NCBI RefSeq assembly: GCF_039654945.1
Contig: NW_027362112.1
Coordinates: 558,001 to 622,000 of the forward strand
Direction: 5' to 3'
Source of the DNA: Dendrobates tinctorius
Lineage: Eukaryota
Length of the DNA: 64,000 bases
Made by a program: the position numbers and the translations under genes. This document shows, piece by piece, positions 1-12,176 of this stretch (positions are counted from its first letter, which is position 1; the number at the start of each line of letters is the position of its first letter). Below the pieces are notes generated by a model, which saw only the letters and a program-made list of their open reading frames with translations, had not been told where the DNA came from and did not search any database.

Positions 1-222
1 TCACAGCCAACCTGGATGCACCAGTGACTCGCTACCACCCAAGTGCCGGTCGCTGCAGACGGACGACGACCCTCAGCGTGGCCCCGGGGCGCACATTCCG
101 GCAGTACACCGACGAGTCAGGGGTCCGTGCCGCCATATACCGAGCAAGGAGGCAGCTTCCAGAAGACCGCTGTGCACTCGTGACCGCCCCTGCGAGCCCC
201 CCACGCCCAGAGACCACCGCCG

Positions 223-453
223 TCAGGCGTCCGCCTCGTTGAGCTTCCTCTTCTTGTAGCTCTGCACCAGGCTGGAGGCGGTGATCCGCGCGGCCGTCCC
301 CCGCTCCCAGCTCTGGAAAGCATTCAGGTCCCTCTGCCCGGTCCGGAACAAGCCGCGCTCCAACTCATCCAGCCGCCCCACCAGCGCCGAGGTGTCCTCA
401 TTGTAAGCGTTCTGCGAGGAGTCCATGATGCGCCGAAACCGGCCAACGAAGGT
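223..453 (-). CDS. GINS3: GINS complex subunit 3 (PSF3), coding exon 3 (last)
   Basis: Encodes TFVGRFRRIMDSSQNAYNEDTSALVGRLDELERGLFRTGQ...YKKRKLNEADA*, the PSF3 C-terminus. AG acceptor at 454-455, stop at 223-225. Confidence 0.96.
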   Translation of the reverse strand, partial: TFVGRFRRIMDSSQNAYNEDTSALVGRLDELERGLFRTGQRDLNAFQSWERGTAARITASSLVQSYKKRKLNEADA

Positions 454-670
454 CTGCAAGACAAAGCAGGAGAGATTCAAGATCCTCGAGTGCCCCCTTC
501 ACCAGCACAGGAACGCACGCCCGGGGGCGAGCAGAGGAGCAAGAGGATCCGAGACCCCCTTCACCAGGACAGGAGAGCACGCTCCATGCTGTGTATAATG
601 GCCGGGGTCGAGACGAGGAGCGAAGACCAGGGGTAATGTGCCCACAAGTGGATCCAAGACCCTCGACACC

Positions 671-1017
671 AGCCAGAGACCCCGACAGAGACACCCGATG
701 CAGCCAGAGACCCCGATAGAGACACCCGATGCAGCCAGAGACCCCGATAGAGCCACCCGATGCAGCCAGAGACCCCGATAGAGACACCCGATGCAGCCAG
801 AGACCCCGATAGAGACACCCGATGCAGCCAGAGACCCCGATAGAGACACCCGATGCAGCCAGAGACCCCGATAGAGACACCCGATGCAGCCAGAGACCCC
901 GATAGAGACACCCGATGCAGCCAGAGACCCCGATAGAGACTCCTGATGCAGCCAGAGACCCCGATAGAGCCACCCGATGCAGCCAGAGACCCCGATAGAG
1001 ACTCCTGATGCAGCCAG
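671..1017. repeat. 31-bp minisatellite (cagccagagaccccgatagagacacccgatg)n, about 11 copies, GINS3 intron 2
   Basis: Tandem unit read directly from the sequence. Confidence 0.93.
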
Positions 1018-1127
1018 CCACAGTGACGGTACAGTGTACAGAGCAGACCGCACGTCTCCGGAGAAGAGACGGAATATCAGAATCCATCCAAAATAACAGG
1101 CGTATATTGTCAGCACCAGGATAACTA

Positions 1128-1322
1128 GCCCCCCCGACCGCCCCGCGGGGTCCACCTCCCCTGCAGCCCCCCCCGCGGGGTCCACCTCCCCTGCAGCCCC
1201 CCCGACCTCCCCTGCAGCCCCCCCGACCGCCCCGTGGGGTCCACCTCCCCTGCAGCCCCCCCCCGACCTCCCCTGCAGCCCCCCCGACCGCCCCGCGGGG
1301 TCCACCTCCCCTGCAGCCCCCT
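1128..1322. repeat. C-rich degenerate tandem repeat (ccgaccgccccgcggggtccacctcccctgcagccccc) next to the GINS3 exon 2 donor
   Basis: Repeated acctcccctgcagccccc modules. Confidence 0.85.
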
Positions 1323-1331
1323 GACCAGCAC

Positions 1332-1565
1332 CTGCAGCAAGGTCTGGGCGATCTCCGTGTTCTCAGGACTCTGGAAGCTCAGCAGCTGTAAGCCGAAGCC
1401 GTAGTAGTGAGGTCCCATCTTGTGCAGGTCCACCACCCCGGCGTCAGCGCTGAACACGGTGCGCCAGCCCTCCCGGTACGTCCTCGGCAGCTCCACAGAC
1501 ACGATCCTGCGCTTGTTGTCATACAGACCCTTCACCATCCACAGCGGCAGCTCCATCCGGGCGCC
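1332..1565 (-). CDS. GINS3: GINS3 coding exon 2
   Basis: GARMELPLWMVKGLYDNKRRIVSVELP...DLHKMGPHYYGFG...QTLLQ. 234 nt, phase 0/0, AG at 1566-1567, GT at 1330-1331. Confidence 0.96.
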
Positions 1566-1656
1566 CTGCAGAGAACAGCGCAGTTATAGGCGAGCCGAAA
1601 GAGCATTTGTCACAAGAGGAGGGCGGGGAGCAGCGCTCAGACCCACGGGGGGAGTA

Positions 1657-3258
1657 GTGCTGGGATCTATGAGGGGAGGGGGGGCAGGGATCTAGGGGGG
1701 CAGGGATCTATGGGGGAGGTGGGCAGGGGTGCTGGGATGTATGGGGAGGAGGGCAGGGATCTATGGGGGGGAGGGGGCAGGGGTGCTGGGATGTATGGGG
1801 GAGGAGGGCAGTGGTGCTGGGATCTATGGGGGAGGGGGGCAGTGGTGCTGGAATCTATGGGGGGGTGCTGGGATGTATGGGGGAGGAGGGCAGTGGTGCT
1901 GGGATCTATGGGGGAGGGGGGCAGTGGTGCTGGAATCTATGGGGGGGTGCTGGGATCTATGGGGGGAGGGTGCAGTGGTGCTGGGATCTATGGGGGGGAG
2001 GGGGCAGTGGTGCTGGGATCTATGGGGGGGAGGGGGCAGTGGTGCTGGGATCTATGGGGGGGAGGGGGCAGGGGTGCTGGGATCTATGGGGGGGAGGGGG
2101 CTGTGGTGCTGGGATCTATTGGGGGGAGGGGGCTGTGGTGCTGGGATCTATGGGGGGGAGGGGGCTGTGGTGCTGGGATCTATGGGGGGAGGGGGCTGTG
2201 GTGCTGGGATCTATGGGGGGAGGGGTGCTGGGATCTATGGGGGGGAGGGGGCAGGGGTGCTGGGATCTATGGGGGGAGGGGGGCAGGGGTGCTGGGATCT
2301 ATGGGGGGAGGGGGGCAGGGATCTATGGGGAAAGGGGGGCAGGGGTGCTGGGATCTATGGGGGGAGGGGGGGCAGGGATCTATGGGGGGAGGGGGGGCAG
2401 GGATCTATGGGGGGAGGGGGGGCAGGGATCTATGGGGGGAGGGGGGGCAGGGATCTATGGGGGGGAGGGGGGCGCTGGGATCTATGGGGGGAGGGGGGCG
2501 CTGGGATCTATGGGGGGAGGGGGGGCAGGGGTGCTGGGATCTATGGGGGGAGGGGGGGCAGGGATCTATGGGGGGAGGGGGGCAGGGGTGCTGGGATCTA
2601 TGGGGGGAGGGGGGCAGGGGTGCTGGGATCTATGGGGGGAGGGGGGCAGGGGTGCTGGGATCTATGGGGGGAGGGGGGGAAGGGATCTATGGGGGGAGGG
2701 GGCAGGGGTGCTGGGATCTATGGGGGGAGGGGGGCAGTGGTGCTGGGATCTATGGGGGGAGGGGGCAGGGGTGCTGGGATCTATGGGGGAGGGATCTATG
2801 GGGGGAGGGGGCAGGGGTGCTGGGATCTATGGGGGAGGGATCTATGGGGGGAGGGGGCAGGGGTGCTGGGATCTATGGGGGGAGGGGGGCAGTGGTGCTG
2901 GGATCTATGGGGGGAGGGGGGCAGGGATCTATGGGGGGAGGGGGCAGGGGTGCTGGGATCTATGGGGGGAGGGGGGCAGTGGTGCTGGGATCTATGGGGG
3001 GAGGGGGCAGGGGTGCTGGGATCTATGGGGGGAGGGGGGCAGGGATCTATGGGGGGAGGGGGCAGGGGTGCTGGGATCTATGGGGGGAGGGGCAGGGATC
3101 TATGGGGGGAGGGGGGCAGGGGTGCTGGGATCTATGGGGGGAGGGGGGCAGGGATCTATGGGGGGAGGGGGCAGGGGTGCTGGGATCTATGGGGGGAGGG
3201 GCAGGGATCTATGGGGGGAGGGGGGCAGGGGTGCTGGGATCTATGGGGGGGTGTTGGG
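1657..3258. repeat. G-rich minisatellite (gggtgctgggatctatggggggaggggggca-type, variable unit), GINS3 intron 1; G-quadruplex-prone
   Basis: Constant ggatctatg core separated by variable G runs. Confidence 0.93.
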
Positions 3259-3372
3259 ACCACCTCAGGCTCGAGCACAGCCCACACGTCACGGTGCCCC
3301 CGGTCCTGAACCATGTGACCGCACAGCCCCTCCCACCAGTCACCATGGCGACCAGCACAGACCCCGGGTCAC

Positions 3373-3540
3373 CTCTGGGATATGGTCGCTGTCGCCCCCT
3401 TTCTCCAGGAAGCCCAGGCGGGGGAAGCCGCTCTCCACCCGGCAAGGCAGCGCCTCCTGGGACATGAGCAGGTCCCCCAGTGACAGGAAGCTCTGCTCCC
3501 GGCCCGCACTGCCCGCCACCGGCCGGTACGACTCCCACAT
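3373..3540 (-). CDS. GINS3: GINS3 coding exon 1
   Basis: MWESYRPVAGSAGREQSFLSLGDLLMSQEALPCRVESGFPRLGFLEKGGDSDHIPE matches the PSF3 N-terminus (FLSLxDxLMS). 168 nt, GT donor at 3371-3372. Confidence 0.94.
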
Positions 3541-3694
3541 CCTCCGCCACTGACTGACGGCCGCGCGACCGAACTTCCCGCCTTACTTTATGCGCAGGGG
3601 ACACGCCCCTAACGACACCACGTGGGCTGTGCTCGCCCAATCAGGATTACAACTGTTGACGCTCCGTTACCAAGGAGATAAGGTTCAAACGGCA
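3541..3694. promoter_or_regulatory. GINS3 promoter/5'UTR, probably bidirectional with PRSS54; E2F-like TTCCCGCC (3575-3582) and CCAAT box (~3637-3641)
   Basis: CpG-rich stretch immediately upstream of the GINS3 ATG. The motifs are seen directly; E2F plus NF-Y is typical of replication-gene promoters. Confidence 0.55.
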
Positions 3695-3735
3695 ATGGCT
3701 CCTCCGGCTCCGGCGCCCTCTCCTGGAGAAGTGAG
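3695..3735 (+). CDS. PRSS54: Tentative PRSS54 coding exon 1 (MAPPAPAPSPGEVR)
   Basis: ATG in good Kozak context (gcaATGG). The AG|GTGGTG donor is phase 2, matching the phase-2 acceptor at 11879. No other candidate was found, but the donor is weak. Confidence 0.4.
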
Positions 3736-3741
3736 GTGGTG

Positions 3742-6700
3742 CAGAGGGAGGAGAGCGGCCTCCACCAGGTGTGAGAGAGAGGGAGGAGAGCGGCCTCCAC
3801 CAGGTGTGAGAGAGAGGGAGGAGAGCGGCCTCCACCGGGTGTGAGAGAGAGGGAGGGAGAGCGGCCTCCACCGGGTGTGAGAGAGAGGGAGGGAGAGCGG
3901 CCTCCACCAGGTGTGAGAGGGAGAGAGAGCGGCCTCCACCGGGTGTGAGAGAGAGGGAGAGAGAGCGGCCTCCACCGGGTGTGTGAGAGAGGGAGAGCGG
4001 CCTCCACCGGGTGTGAGAGAGAGGGAGGGAGAGCGGCCTCCACCAGGTGTGAGAGGGAGGGAGAGAGAGCGGCCTCCACCGGGTGTGTGAGAGAGGGAGA
4101 GCGGCCTCCACCGGGTGTGAGAGAGAGGGAGAGAGAGCGGCCTCCACCGGGTGTGTGAGAGAGGGAGAGCGGCCTCCACCGGGTGTGAGAGAGAGGGAGA
4201 GAGCGGCCTCCACCGGGTGTGAGAGAGAGGGAGAGAGCGGCCTCCACCGGGTGTGAGAGAGAGGGAGAGAGCGGCCTCCACCGGGTGTGAGTGAGAGAGG
4301 GAGGGAGAGCGGCCTCCACCGGGTGTGAGAGAGAGGGAGAGAGCGGCCTCCACCGGGTGTGAGAGAGAGGGAGAGAGCGGCCTCCACCGGGTGTGAGAGA
4401 GAGGGAGGGAGAGAGAGGGAGGGAGAGCGGCCTCCACCGGGTGTGAGAGAGAGGGAGAGCGGCCTCCACCGGGTGTGAGAGAGAGGGAGAGAGCGGCCTC
4501 CACCGGGTGTGAGAGAGAGGGAGAGAGCGGCCTCCACCGGGTGTGAGAGAGAGGGAGAGAGCGGCCTCCACCGGGTGTGAGAGAGAGGGAGGGAGAGAGA
4601 GGGAGGGAGAGCGGCCTCCACCGGGTGTGAGAGAGAGGGAGAGCGGCCTCCACCGGGTGTGAGAGAGAGGGAGAGAGCGGCCTCCACCGGGTGTGAGAGA
4701 GAGGGAGAGAGCGGCCTCCACCGGGTGTGAGAGAGAGGGAGAGAGCGGCCTCCACCGGGTGTGAGAGAGAGGGAGGGAGAGAGAGGGAGGGAGAGCGGCC
4801 TCCACCGGGTGTGAGAGAGAGGGAGAGCGGCCTCCACCGGGTGTGAGAGAGAGGGAGAGAGCGGCCTCCACCGGGTGTGAGAGAGAGGGAGAGAGAGCGG
4901 CCTCCACCAGGTGTGAGAGGGAGGGAGAGAGAGCGGCCTCCACCGGGTGTGTGAGAGAGGGAGAGAGAGCGGCCTCCACCGGGTGTGTGAGAGAGGGAGA
5001 GCGGCCTCCACCGGGTGTGAGAGAGAGGGAGAGAGCGGCCTCCACCGGGTGTGAGAGAGAGGGAGAGAGCGGCCTCCACCGGGTGTGAGAGAGAGGGAGG
5101 GAGAGCGGCCTCCACCGGGTGTGAGAGAGAGGGAGAGAGCGGCCTCCACCGGGTGTGAGAGAGAGGGAGAGAGAGCGGCCTCCACCGGGTGTGTGAGAGA
5201 GGGAGAGCGGCCTCCACCGGGTGTGAGAGAGAGGGAGAGAGCGGCCTCCACCGGGTGTGTGAGAGAGGGAGAGAGAGCGGCCTCCACCGGGTGTGTGAGA
5301 GAGGGAGAGCGGCCTCCACCGGGTGTGAGAGAGAGGGAGAGAGCGGCCTCCACCGGGTGTGAGAGAGAGGGAGAGAGCGGCCTCCACCGGGTGTGAGAGA
5401 GAGGGAGAGAGCGGCCTCCACCGGGTGTGAGAGAGAGGGAGAGAGAGCGGCCTCCACCGGGTGTGAGAGAGAGGGAGAGAGAGCGGCCTCCACCGGGTGT
5501 GAGAGAGAGGGAGAGAGCGGCCTCCACCGGGTGTGAGAGAGGGAGGGAGAGCGGCCTCCACCGGGTGTAAGAGAGAGGGAGGGAGAGCGGCCTCCACCGG
5601 GTGTAAGAGAGCGGCCTCCACCGGGTGTAAGAGAGAGAGCGGCCTCCACCGGGTGTAAGAGAGAGAGCGGCCTCCACCGGGTGTAAGAGAGAGAGCGGCC
5701 TCCACCGGGTGTAAGAGAGAGAGGGAGAGCGGCCTCCACCGGGTGTGTGAGAGAGTGGCCTCCACCGGGTGTGAGAGAGGGAGAGATAGCGGCCTCCACC
5801 GAGTGTGAGAGAGAGAGGGAGAGCGGCCTCCACCGGGTGTGTGAGAGAGAGAGGGAGAGCGGCCTTCACCAGGTGTGAGAGAGCGGCCTCCACCAGGTGT
5901 GAGAGAGAGCGGCCTCCACCAGGTATGAAAGAGGGAGAGCGGCCTCCACCGGGTGTGAGAGAGAGGGAGAGCGGCCTCCACCGGGTGTGAGAGAGAGGGA
6001 GAGCGGCCTCCACCGGGTGTGAGAGAGAGGGAGAGCGGCCTCCACCGGGTGTGTGAGAGAGGGAGAGCGGCCTCCACCGGGTGTGAGAGAGCGGCCTCCA
6101 CCAGGTGTGAGAGCGGCCTCCACCGGGTATGAAAGAGGGAGAGAGAGCGGCCTCCACCGGGTGTGTGAGAGAGAGGGAGAGCGGCCTCCACCGGGTGTGT
6201 GAGAGAGAGGGAGAGCGGCCTCCACCGGGTGTGTGAGAGGGAGAGCGGCCTCCACCGGGTGTGTGAGAGAGAGAGGGAGAGCGGCCTCCACCGGGTGTGA
6301 GAGGGAGAGATAGCGGCCTCCACCGGGTGTGAGAGAGGGAGAGCGGCCTCCACCGGGTGTGAGAGAGGGAGAGCGGCCTCCACCGGGTGTGAGAGAGCGG
6401 CCTCCACCAGGTGTGAGAGCGGCCTCCACCGGGTATGAAAGAGGGAGAGAGAGCGGCCTCCACCGGGTGTGTGAGAGAGAGGGAGAGCGGCCTCCACCGG
6501 GTGTGTGAGAGGGAGAGCGGCCTCCACCGGGTGTGTGAGAGAGAGAGGGAGAGCGGCCTCCACCGGGTGTGAGAGAGGGAGAGATAGCGGCCTCCACCGG
6601 GTGTGAGAGAGGGAGAGCGGCCTCCACCGGGTGTGAGAGAGGGAGAGCGGCCTCCACCGGGTGTGAGAGAGGGAGGGAGAGCGGCCTCCACCGGGTGTGA

Positions 6701-6980
6701 GAGAGGGAGGGAGAGCGGCCTCCACCGGGTGTGAGAGAGGGAGGGAGAGCGGCCTCCACCGGGTGTGAGAGAGGGAGGGAGAGCGGCCTCCACCGGGTGT
6801 GAGAGAGGGAGGGAGAGCGGCCACCACCGGGTGTGAGAGAGGGAGGGAGAGCGGCCTCCACCGGGTGAGAGGGAGGGAGAGCGGCCTCCACGGGGTGAGA
6901 GGGAGAGCGGCCTCCACGGGGTGAGAGGGAGAGCGGCCTCCACGGGGTGAGAGGGAGAGCGGCCTCCACCGGGTGAGAGA
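3742..6980. repeat. ~30-bp minisatellite: constant gcggcctccaccgggtgt core plus variable (GA/GGGA)n tract, about 100 copies
   Basis: Read directly from the sequence. Confidence 0.95.
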
Positions 6981-7155
6981 GGCAGACACCAGATACTGAT
7001 GATGGAGGCGATTTACATTTTGCACTTTGTTTATTTGGTGAAAATAACTCATTAACCCTTCGATTTGTGAATGCTTCCTGCTCTACCACATTATTACATA
7101 GAAGCCTTAGCTGTCTCCTGGCTCTGTGTTTGTATAGTGAGGTGATATATATACA

Positions 7156-10100
7156 CACACGGTACGGAAAGTATTCACACCCCTTTACATTTCTCACTCT
7201 TTGTTTCATTGCAGCCATTTGGTAAATTCAATAAAGTTCATCTTTTCTCATTAGTGTGCACTCTGCACCCCATCTTCACTGAAAAAAATCAGAAATGTAG
7301 AAATTTTTTCAAATTTATTAAACAAGAAAAAACGAAATCTCACATGGTCATAAGTATTCAGCCCCTTTGCTCAGACTCTCATATGTATGTCACATGCTGT
7401 CCATTACCTTGTGATCCTCCTTGAGATGGATCTACTCCTTCATTGGAGTCCAGCTGTGTGTAATTACACTGATAGGACTGGATTAGTAAAGGTGCACACC
7501 TGTCTATATAAGACCCCACAGCTCACAGTGCATGTCACACCAAATGAGAATCATGAGGCCAAAGGAACGGGCCAAGGAACTCAGACAGAATTGTGGAAAG
7601 GCACAGATCTGACCAAGGTTACAGAAGAGTTTCTGCAGTACTCAAGGTTCCTAAGAGCACAGTGGCCTCCATAATCCTTAAATGGAAGAAGGTTGGGACC
7701 AGCCGTAGTCTTCCTAGACCTGACCGTCCAGCCAAACTGAGCAATCGTGGGAGAAGACCTTTACACTAGAACAACATGGGAAGGGAAGCAAAAGGCCAGA
7801 AAAAGCCATACACCTGACAAATGCTATTGAGAACTCTGCTATTAGAAGTGGAAAGGAAGAACAAACAAAAGAATCTAAATAATACAAATATTGGAGAAAG
7901 AGAAACCAATCACAAACTAAAATGTTTCTATACTAATGCACAAAGCATGGGCAACAAACAAGGAGAATTGGAACTACTAACACAGGAAAAGAAATATGAT
8001 GTCATTGGAATCACTGAAACTTGGTGGGACAATACACATGATTGGAATACAAGACTAGAAGGATACAACTTATTTGCAAGAAACAGACTTGATAAACGAG
8101 GAGGAGGTGTCGCATTGTATGTTAGAAACGCGTATATCTGCACAGAGATTGAAGCTTCAGAGACCGGGAGTTCTGTGGAAACTGTTTGGGTAAGAATACA
8201 AGGACAGAACAATGGAAAGGACACCATTGTAGGCATTTACTACAGGCCGCCTGTGCAAGCTGAAGATATGGATGAACTCTTTATGCATCAAATGGCCAAG
8301 TTCTCCAAAAAATATGACATAGTTGTCATGGGAGATTTCAACTATCCAGACATTTGTTGAGAATCTCTCTCAGGCAAAACTAACAGGTCAAGGAAATTCT
8401 TATCCTCTCTTGCTGACAACTTTATCTTCCAAAAGGTAAAGGAGAAAACAAGGGGAACTGCTACCTTGGATCTAATCCTTATAAACAGGGAGGAAATGGT
8501 TGAGGAGGTAAAAGTGGCTGGGACCCTAGGAGGTAGCGACCATGCTATTTTAGAATTTTGGATAACTAGAGGCGGAAGACCTGTGAAGACTCAGAGGTCA
8601 AGGTTAGATTTCAGAAAGGCAGATTTTAAGGGATTCAGGAAGAGAATTGGAGGGATCCAATGGCTGGATATCCTTAAAGACAAAAATGTCCAGGAAGGAT
8701 GGAAAATCTTGAAAAATGAAATTCTCAAAGCACAAATGTTAACAATTCCGAAAAGAGGGAAGAATAGGAAGCATTTAAGGAAACCAGGATGGATGAACAC
8801 AGAACTTAAGCACATGCTAAAAAGGAAGAAAAAAATGTTTATAAAATGGAAAGAGGGAGGCATATCTAAAGAAGAATATAATGCTGTCTGCAGAACCTGC
8901 AGGGCACAAATCAGATTACGTAAAGCTGACAATGAATTGTGGCTTGCAAGAGATGTCAAAAGCAATAATAAAGGATTTTGGGGATATGTCAAAAGTAAAA
9001 GAAAAGTCAAAGATGCTATAGGATTTTTACAGGATGAAAATGATGAAATGGTAAGACAGGATGTTGAGAAGGCCGAACTTTTAAATTCCTATTTTGCATC
9101 TGTTTTCTCTCAGAAAGGAAATGTAACATCAACTGTTCTTCACTGTCCTATTAAGGGAATAGAAGAATCCAGGATATCTATAAACAGAAAGATAGTGAGG
9201 AAACACTTAGCTAACCAAAATGAATTCAAGTCTCCAGGTCCAGATGAATTACACCCCAGAGTACTGAAGGAGATAGCAGAAGAAATTTTTGAACCCCTCT
9301 CCATAATCTTTGAAAATTCTTGGAGAACAGGAGAAGTCCCAGAAGACTGGAGAAGAACAAATGTTCCTAGCTTCAAAAAGGGGAAGAAGGTGGACCCAGG
9401 CAACTATAGGCCGGTGAGTCTGACCAGGAAAGATCTTTGAACAAATTATTAAACAACATGTATGTCAATACCTGGATAAGAATGACATGATTAAACAGAG
9501 TCAGCATGGGTTTGTAACTAATAAGTCATGTCAGACTAACTTAATTTCCTTCTATGACGGAATCACTGATTGGGTGGATAAAGGAAATGCTGTAGATATA
9601 GTATATCTTGACTTCAGCAAAGCATTTGACAAAGTCTCTCGTAAAATCCTTATTGAAAAAATGACTAAGTATGGAATGGACAAGGCAACTGTTAGGTGGA
9701 TTCATAACTGGCTTAGTGATCGGACCCAAAGAGTGGTCGTAAATGGCTGCACATCCAGTTGGAAGAATGTCTCAAGTGGGGTACCACAGGGCTCTGTCCT
9801 GGGCCCTGTATTGTTCAACATCTTTATCAACGATTTAGATGAAGGCATTGAGGGTAAACTGATTAAATTTGCTGATGACACAAAGCTAGGAGGGATAGCT
9901 AATACTAGAGAAGAGAGAGAGAGGATTCAAAAAGATTTAAATAAACTGGAGAAGTGGGCAGCAACAAACAGAATGGTTTTTAACAGGGAGAAATGCAAAG
10001 TACTACATCTGGGCAATAAAAATGAAAAAAGCATATACAGAATAGGGCTAAGCAACAGCACATGTGAAAAAGTCTTGGGTATACTAATAGATCACAGACT

Positions 10101-11752
10101 GAATATGAGTCAACAGTGTGATGCAGCAGCAAAAAAGGCAAATGCAATTCTAGGATGTATTAACAGAAGCATACAGTCTAGATCACGTGAAGTCATTATT
10201 TCCCTCTACTCCTCTTTGGTCAGACCTCATCTGGAATATTGTGTCCAGTTTTGGGCGCCACATTTTAAAAAAGACATCAACAAACTGGAGCAAGTTTAGA
10301 AAAGAGCGACCAGAATGGTGACTGGTCTGCAAACCCTGTCTTATGAGGAAAGGCTGCAGGATTTGGGAATGTTTAGCTTGCAGAAGAGAAGACTGAGAGG
10401 AGACTTAATAGCTGTCTACAAATACCTGAAGGGCTGTCACATTGTAGAAGGATCAACTTTATTCTCATTTGCACAAGGAAAGACTAGAAGCAATGGGATG
10501 AAACTGAATGGGAGGAGACACAGATTAGATATTAGAAAAAACTTTTTGACAGGGTGATCAATGAGTGGAACAGGCTGCCACGAGAAGTGGTGAGTTCTTC
10601 AATGGAAGTCTTCAAACAGAGGCTGGACAGATATCTGTCTGGGATGATTTAGCGAATCCTGCTTTGAGCAGGGGGTTGGACCAGATGACCCAGGAGGTCC
10701 CTTCCAACTCTACGATTCTATGATTCTAAGAGCCTTGGTGAGAGAGGTAAAGGACCCCAAAATCACTGTGGCTGAGCTCCACAGATGCAGTAGGGAGATG
10801 AGAGAAAGTTCCACAAAGTCAGCAATCACTGCAGCCCTCCACCAGTCGGGCTTTTATGGCAGAGTGGCCCGACGGAAGCTTCTCCTCAGTGCAAGACATA
10901 TGAAAGCCCGCATAGAGTTTGCTGAAAAACACATGAAGGACTCCCAGACTATGAGAAATAAGATTCTCCGGTCGGATGAGAGGAAGATAGAACTTTTTGG
11001 TGATAATTCTAAGCGGTATGTGTGGAGAAAACCAGGCACTGCTCATCACCTGCCCAATACAATCCCATCAGTGAAACATGGTGGTGGCAGCATCATGCTA
11101 TGGGGGTGTTTTTCAGCTGCAGGGACAGGACGACTGGTTGCCATTGGAGGAAACATGAATGCGGCCAAGCACAGAGATATCCTGGATGAAAACCTCTTCC
11201 AGAGTGCTCTGGACCTCAGACTTGGCCTAAGGTTCACCTTCCAACAAGACAATGACCCTAAGCACACAGCTAAAATAACAAAGGAGTGGCTTTAGAACAA
11301 CTCTGTGACCATTCCTGACTGGCCCAGCCAGAGCCCTGACCTAAACCCAACGGAGCATCTCTGGAGAGACCTGAAAATGGCTGTCCACCAACATTCACCA
11401 TCCAACCTGACGGAACTGGAGAGGATCTGCAAGGAAGAATGGCCGAGGATCCCCAAATCCAGGGGTGAAAACCTTCTGGCATCATTCCCAAGAAGACTCA
11501 TGGCTGTACTAGCTCAAAAGGTGCTTCCACTCAACACTGAGCAAAGGGGCTGAATACTTTTGACCATGGGAGATTTCAGTTCTTCTTTAATAAATTTGCA
11601 GAAATTTCTAACCTTGTTTTTTTCAGTCAAGATGGGGGGGTGCAGAGTGTAAAGTAATGAGGAAAAATGAACTTTGTTTCATTGCAGCCATTTGGTAAAT
11701 TCAGAAAAGAGTGAAAAATGTAAAGGGGTCTGAAAACTTTCTGTACCCACTG
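7156..11752 (+). mobile_element. Decayed Tc1/mariner DNA transposon (DD34E, Passport-like), interrupted by a CR1 LINE
   Basis: Inverted termini ggtacggaaagtattcacacccctttacattt / aaatgtaaaggggtctgaaaactttctgtacccactg+TA. The 5' transposase remnant runs from ~7552 to ~7760. The 3' part (10728-11550) has [23 protein letters not shown] and [10 protein letters not shown] motifs, with stops and frameshifts. Confidence 0.88.
7762..10727 (+). mobile_element. CR1 LINE, 5'-truncated, ORF2 pseudogene (APE endonuclease + reverse transcriptase)
   Basis: YTNAQSMGNKQGELE, GITETWW, MGDFNYPDI (endonuclease); YLDFSKAFDKV, GVPQGSVLGP, KFADD (RT). In-frame stops and frameshifts. CR1-type 3' tail ...tctacgattctatgattct. 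Confidence 0.95.
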
Positions 11753-11878
11753 TATATCTCCTGTGTGTGTATATACACTGCATATATCTCCATATATCTC
11801 TCCAGTATATTTGTGTATAGATACAGACAGGCCTCCTCCCCGCCGTCGTTCACGTTTGTCTCGGTTTCTGCCTCTCAG

Positions 11879-11931
11879 GGTCGCTCTGATAATGCTCCTC
11901 ACCTTCGTTATGACCGGATGCTCGGCTGCCC
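11879..11931 (+). CDS. PRSS54: PRSS54 signal-peptide exon (VALIMLLTFVMTGCSAA); alternative start ATG at 11892
   Basis: Pyrimidine tract plus cag acceptor at 11877-11878, hydrophobic signal-like peptide, and a phase-1 GTGAGT donor at 11932 compatible with the next exon. Confidence 0.72.
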
Positions 11932-12037
11932 GTGAGTATCCTCCTCCTTGTCCTCCTCAGGCTTGGCGCTCCTGCTCCGGGCGCAGCACATACACCAGGC
12001 AATGATGGCTGACCAGTGGCGGTTCTGCTTTTTTCAG

Positions 12038-12176
12038 GCTGCGGCCGATCAGATCCTCGGAGCTCTCCAATATTCCCTTGGTTGGTGTCAGTTCAGAGCC
12101 ATGGATCGCATCTTGCAGGAGGAGCGATCATCAGTGAATTCTGGATAGTGACTGCACCATCAGCTGTGAGGTTGAG
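12038..12176 (+). CDS. PRSS54: PRSS54 exon (CG...FPWLVSVQSHGSHLAGGAIISEFWIVTAPSAVRLR)
   Basis: Trypsin-fold N-terminal motifs (FPWxVS, IISEFWIVTA). ttttcag acceptor, GTGAG donor, 139 nt. Not shown in this frame in the ORF track. Confidence 0.88.

Noticed and set aside
3742-6980. CRISPR-like look (constant core with variable spacers), also at 19820-20350
   Set aside because: The spacers are low-complexity GA tracts or near-identical, there are no cas genes, and the context is a vertebrate genome.
1710-7218. Long ORFs (450-1147 aa) in the G-rich and GA-rich arrays
   Set aside because: Open in several frames at once, pure repeat translations, and located in an intron or gap. Stop-free by composition.
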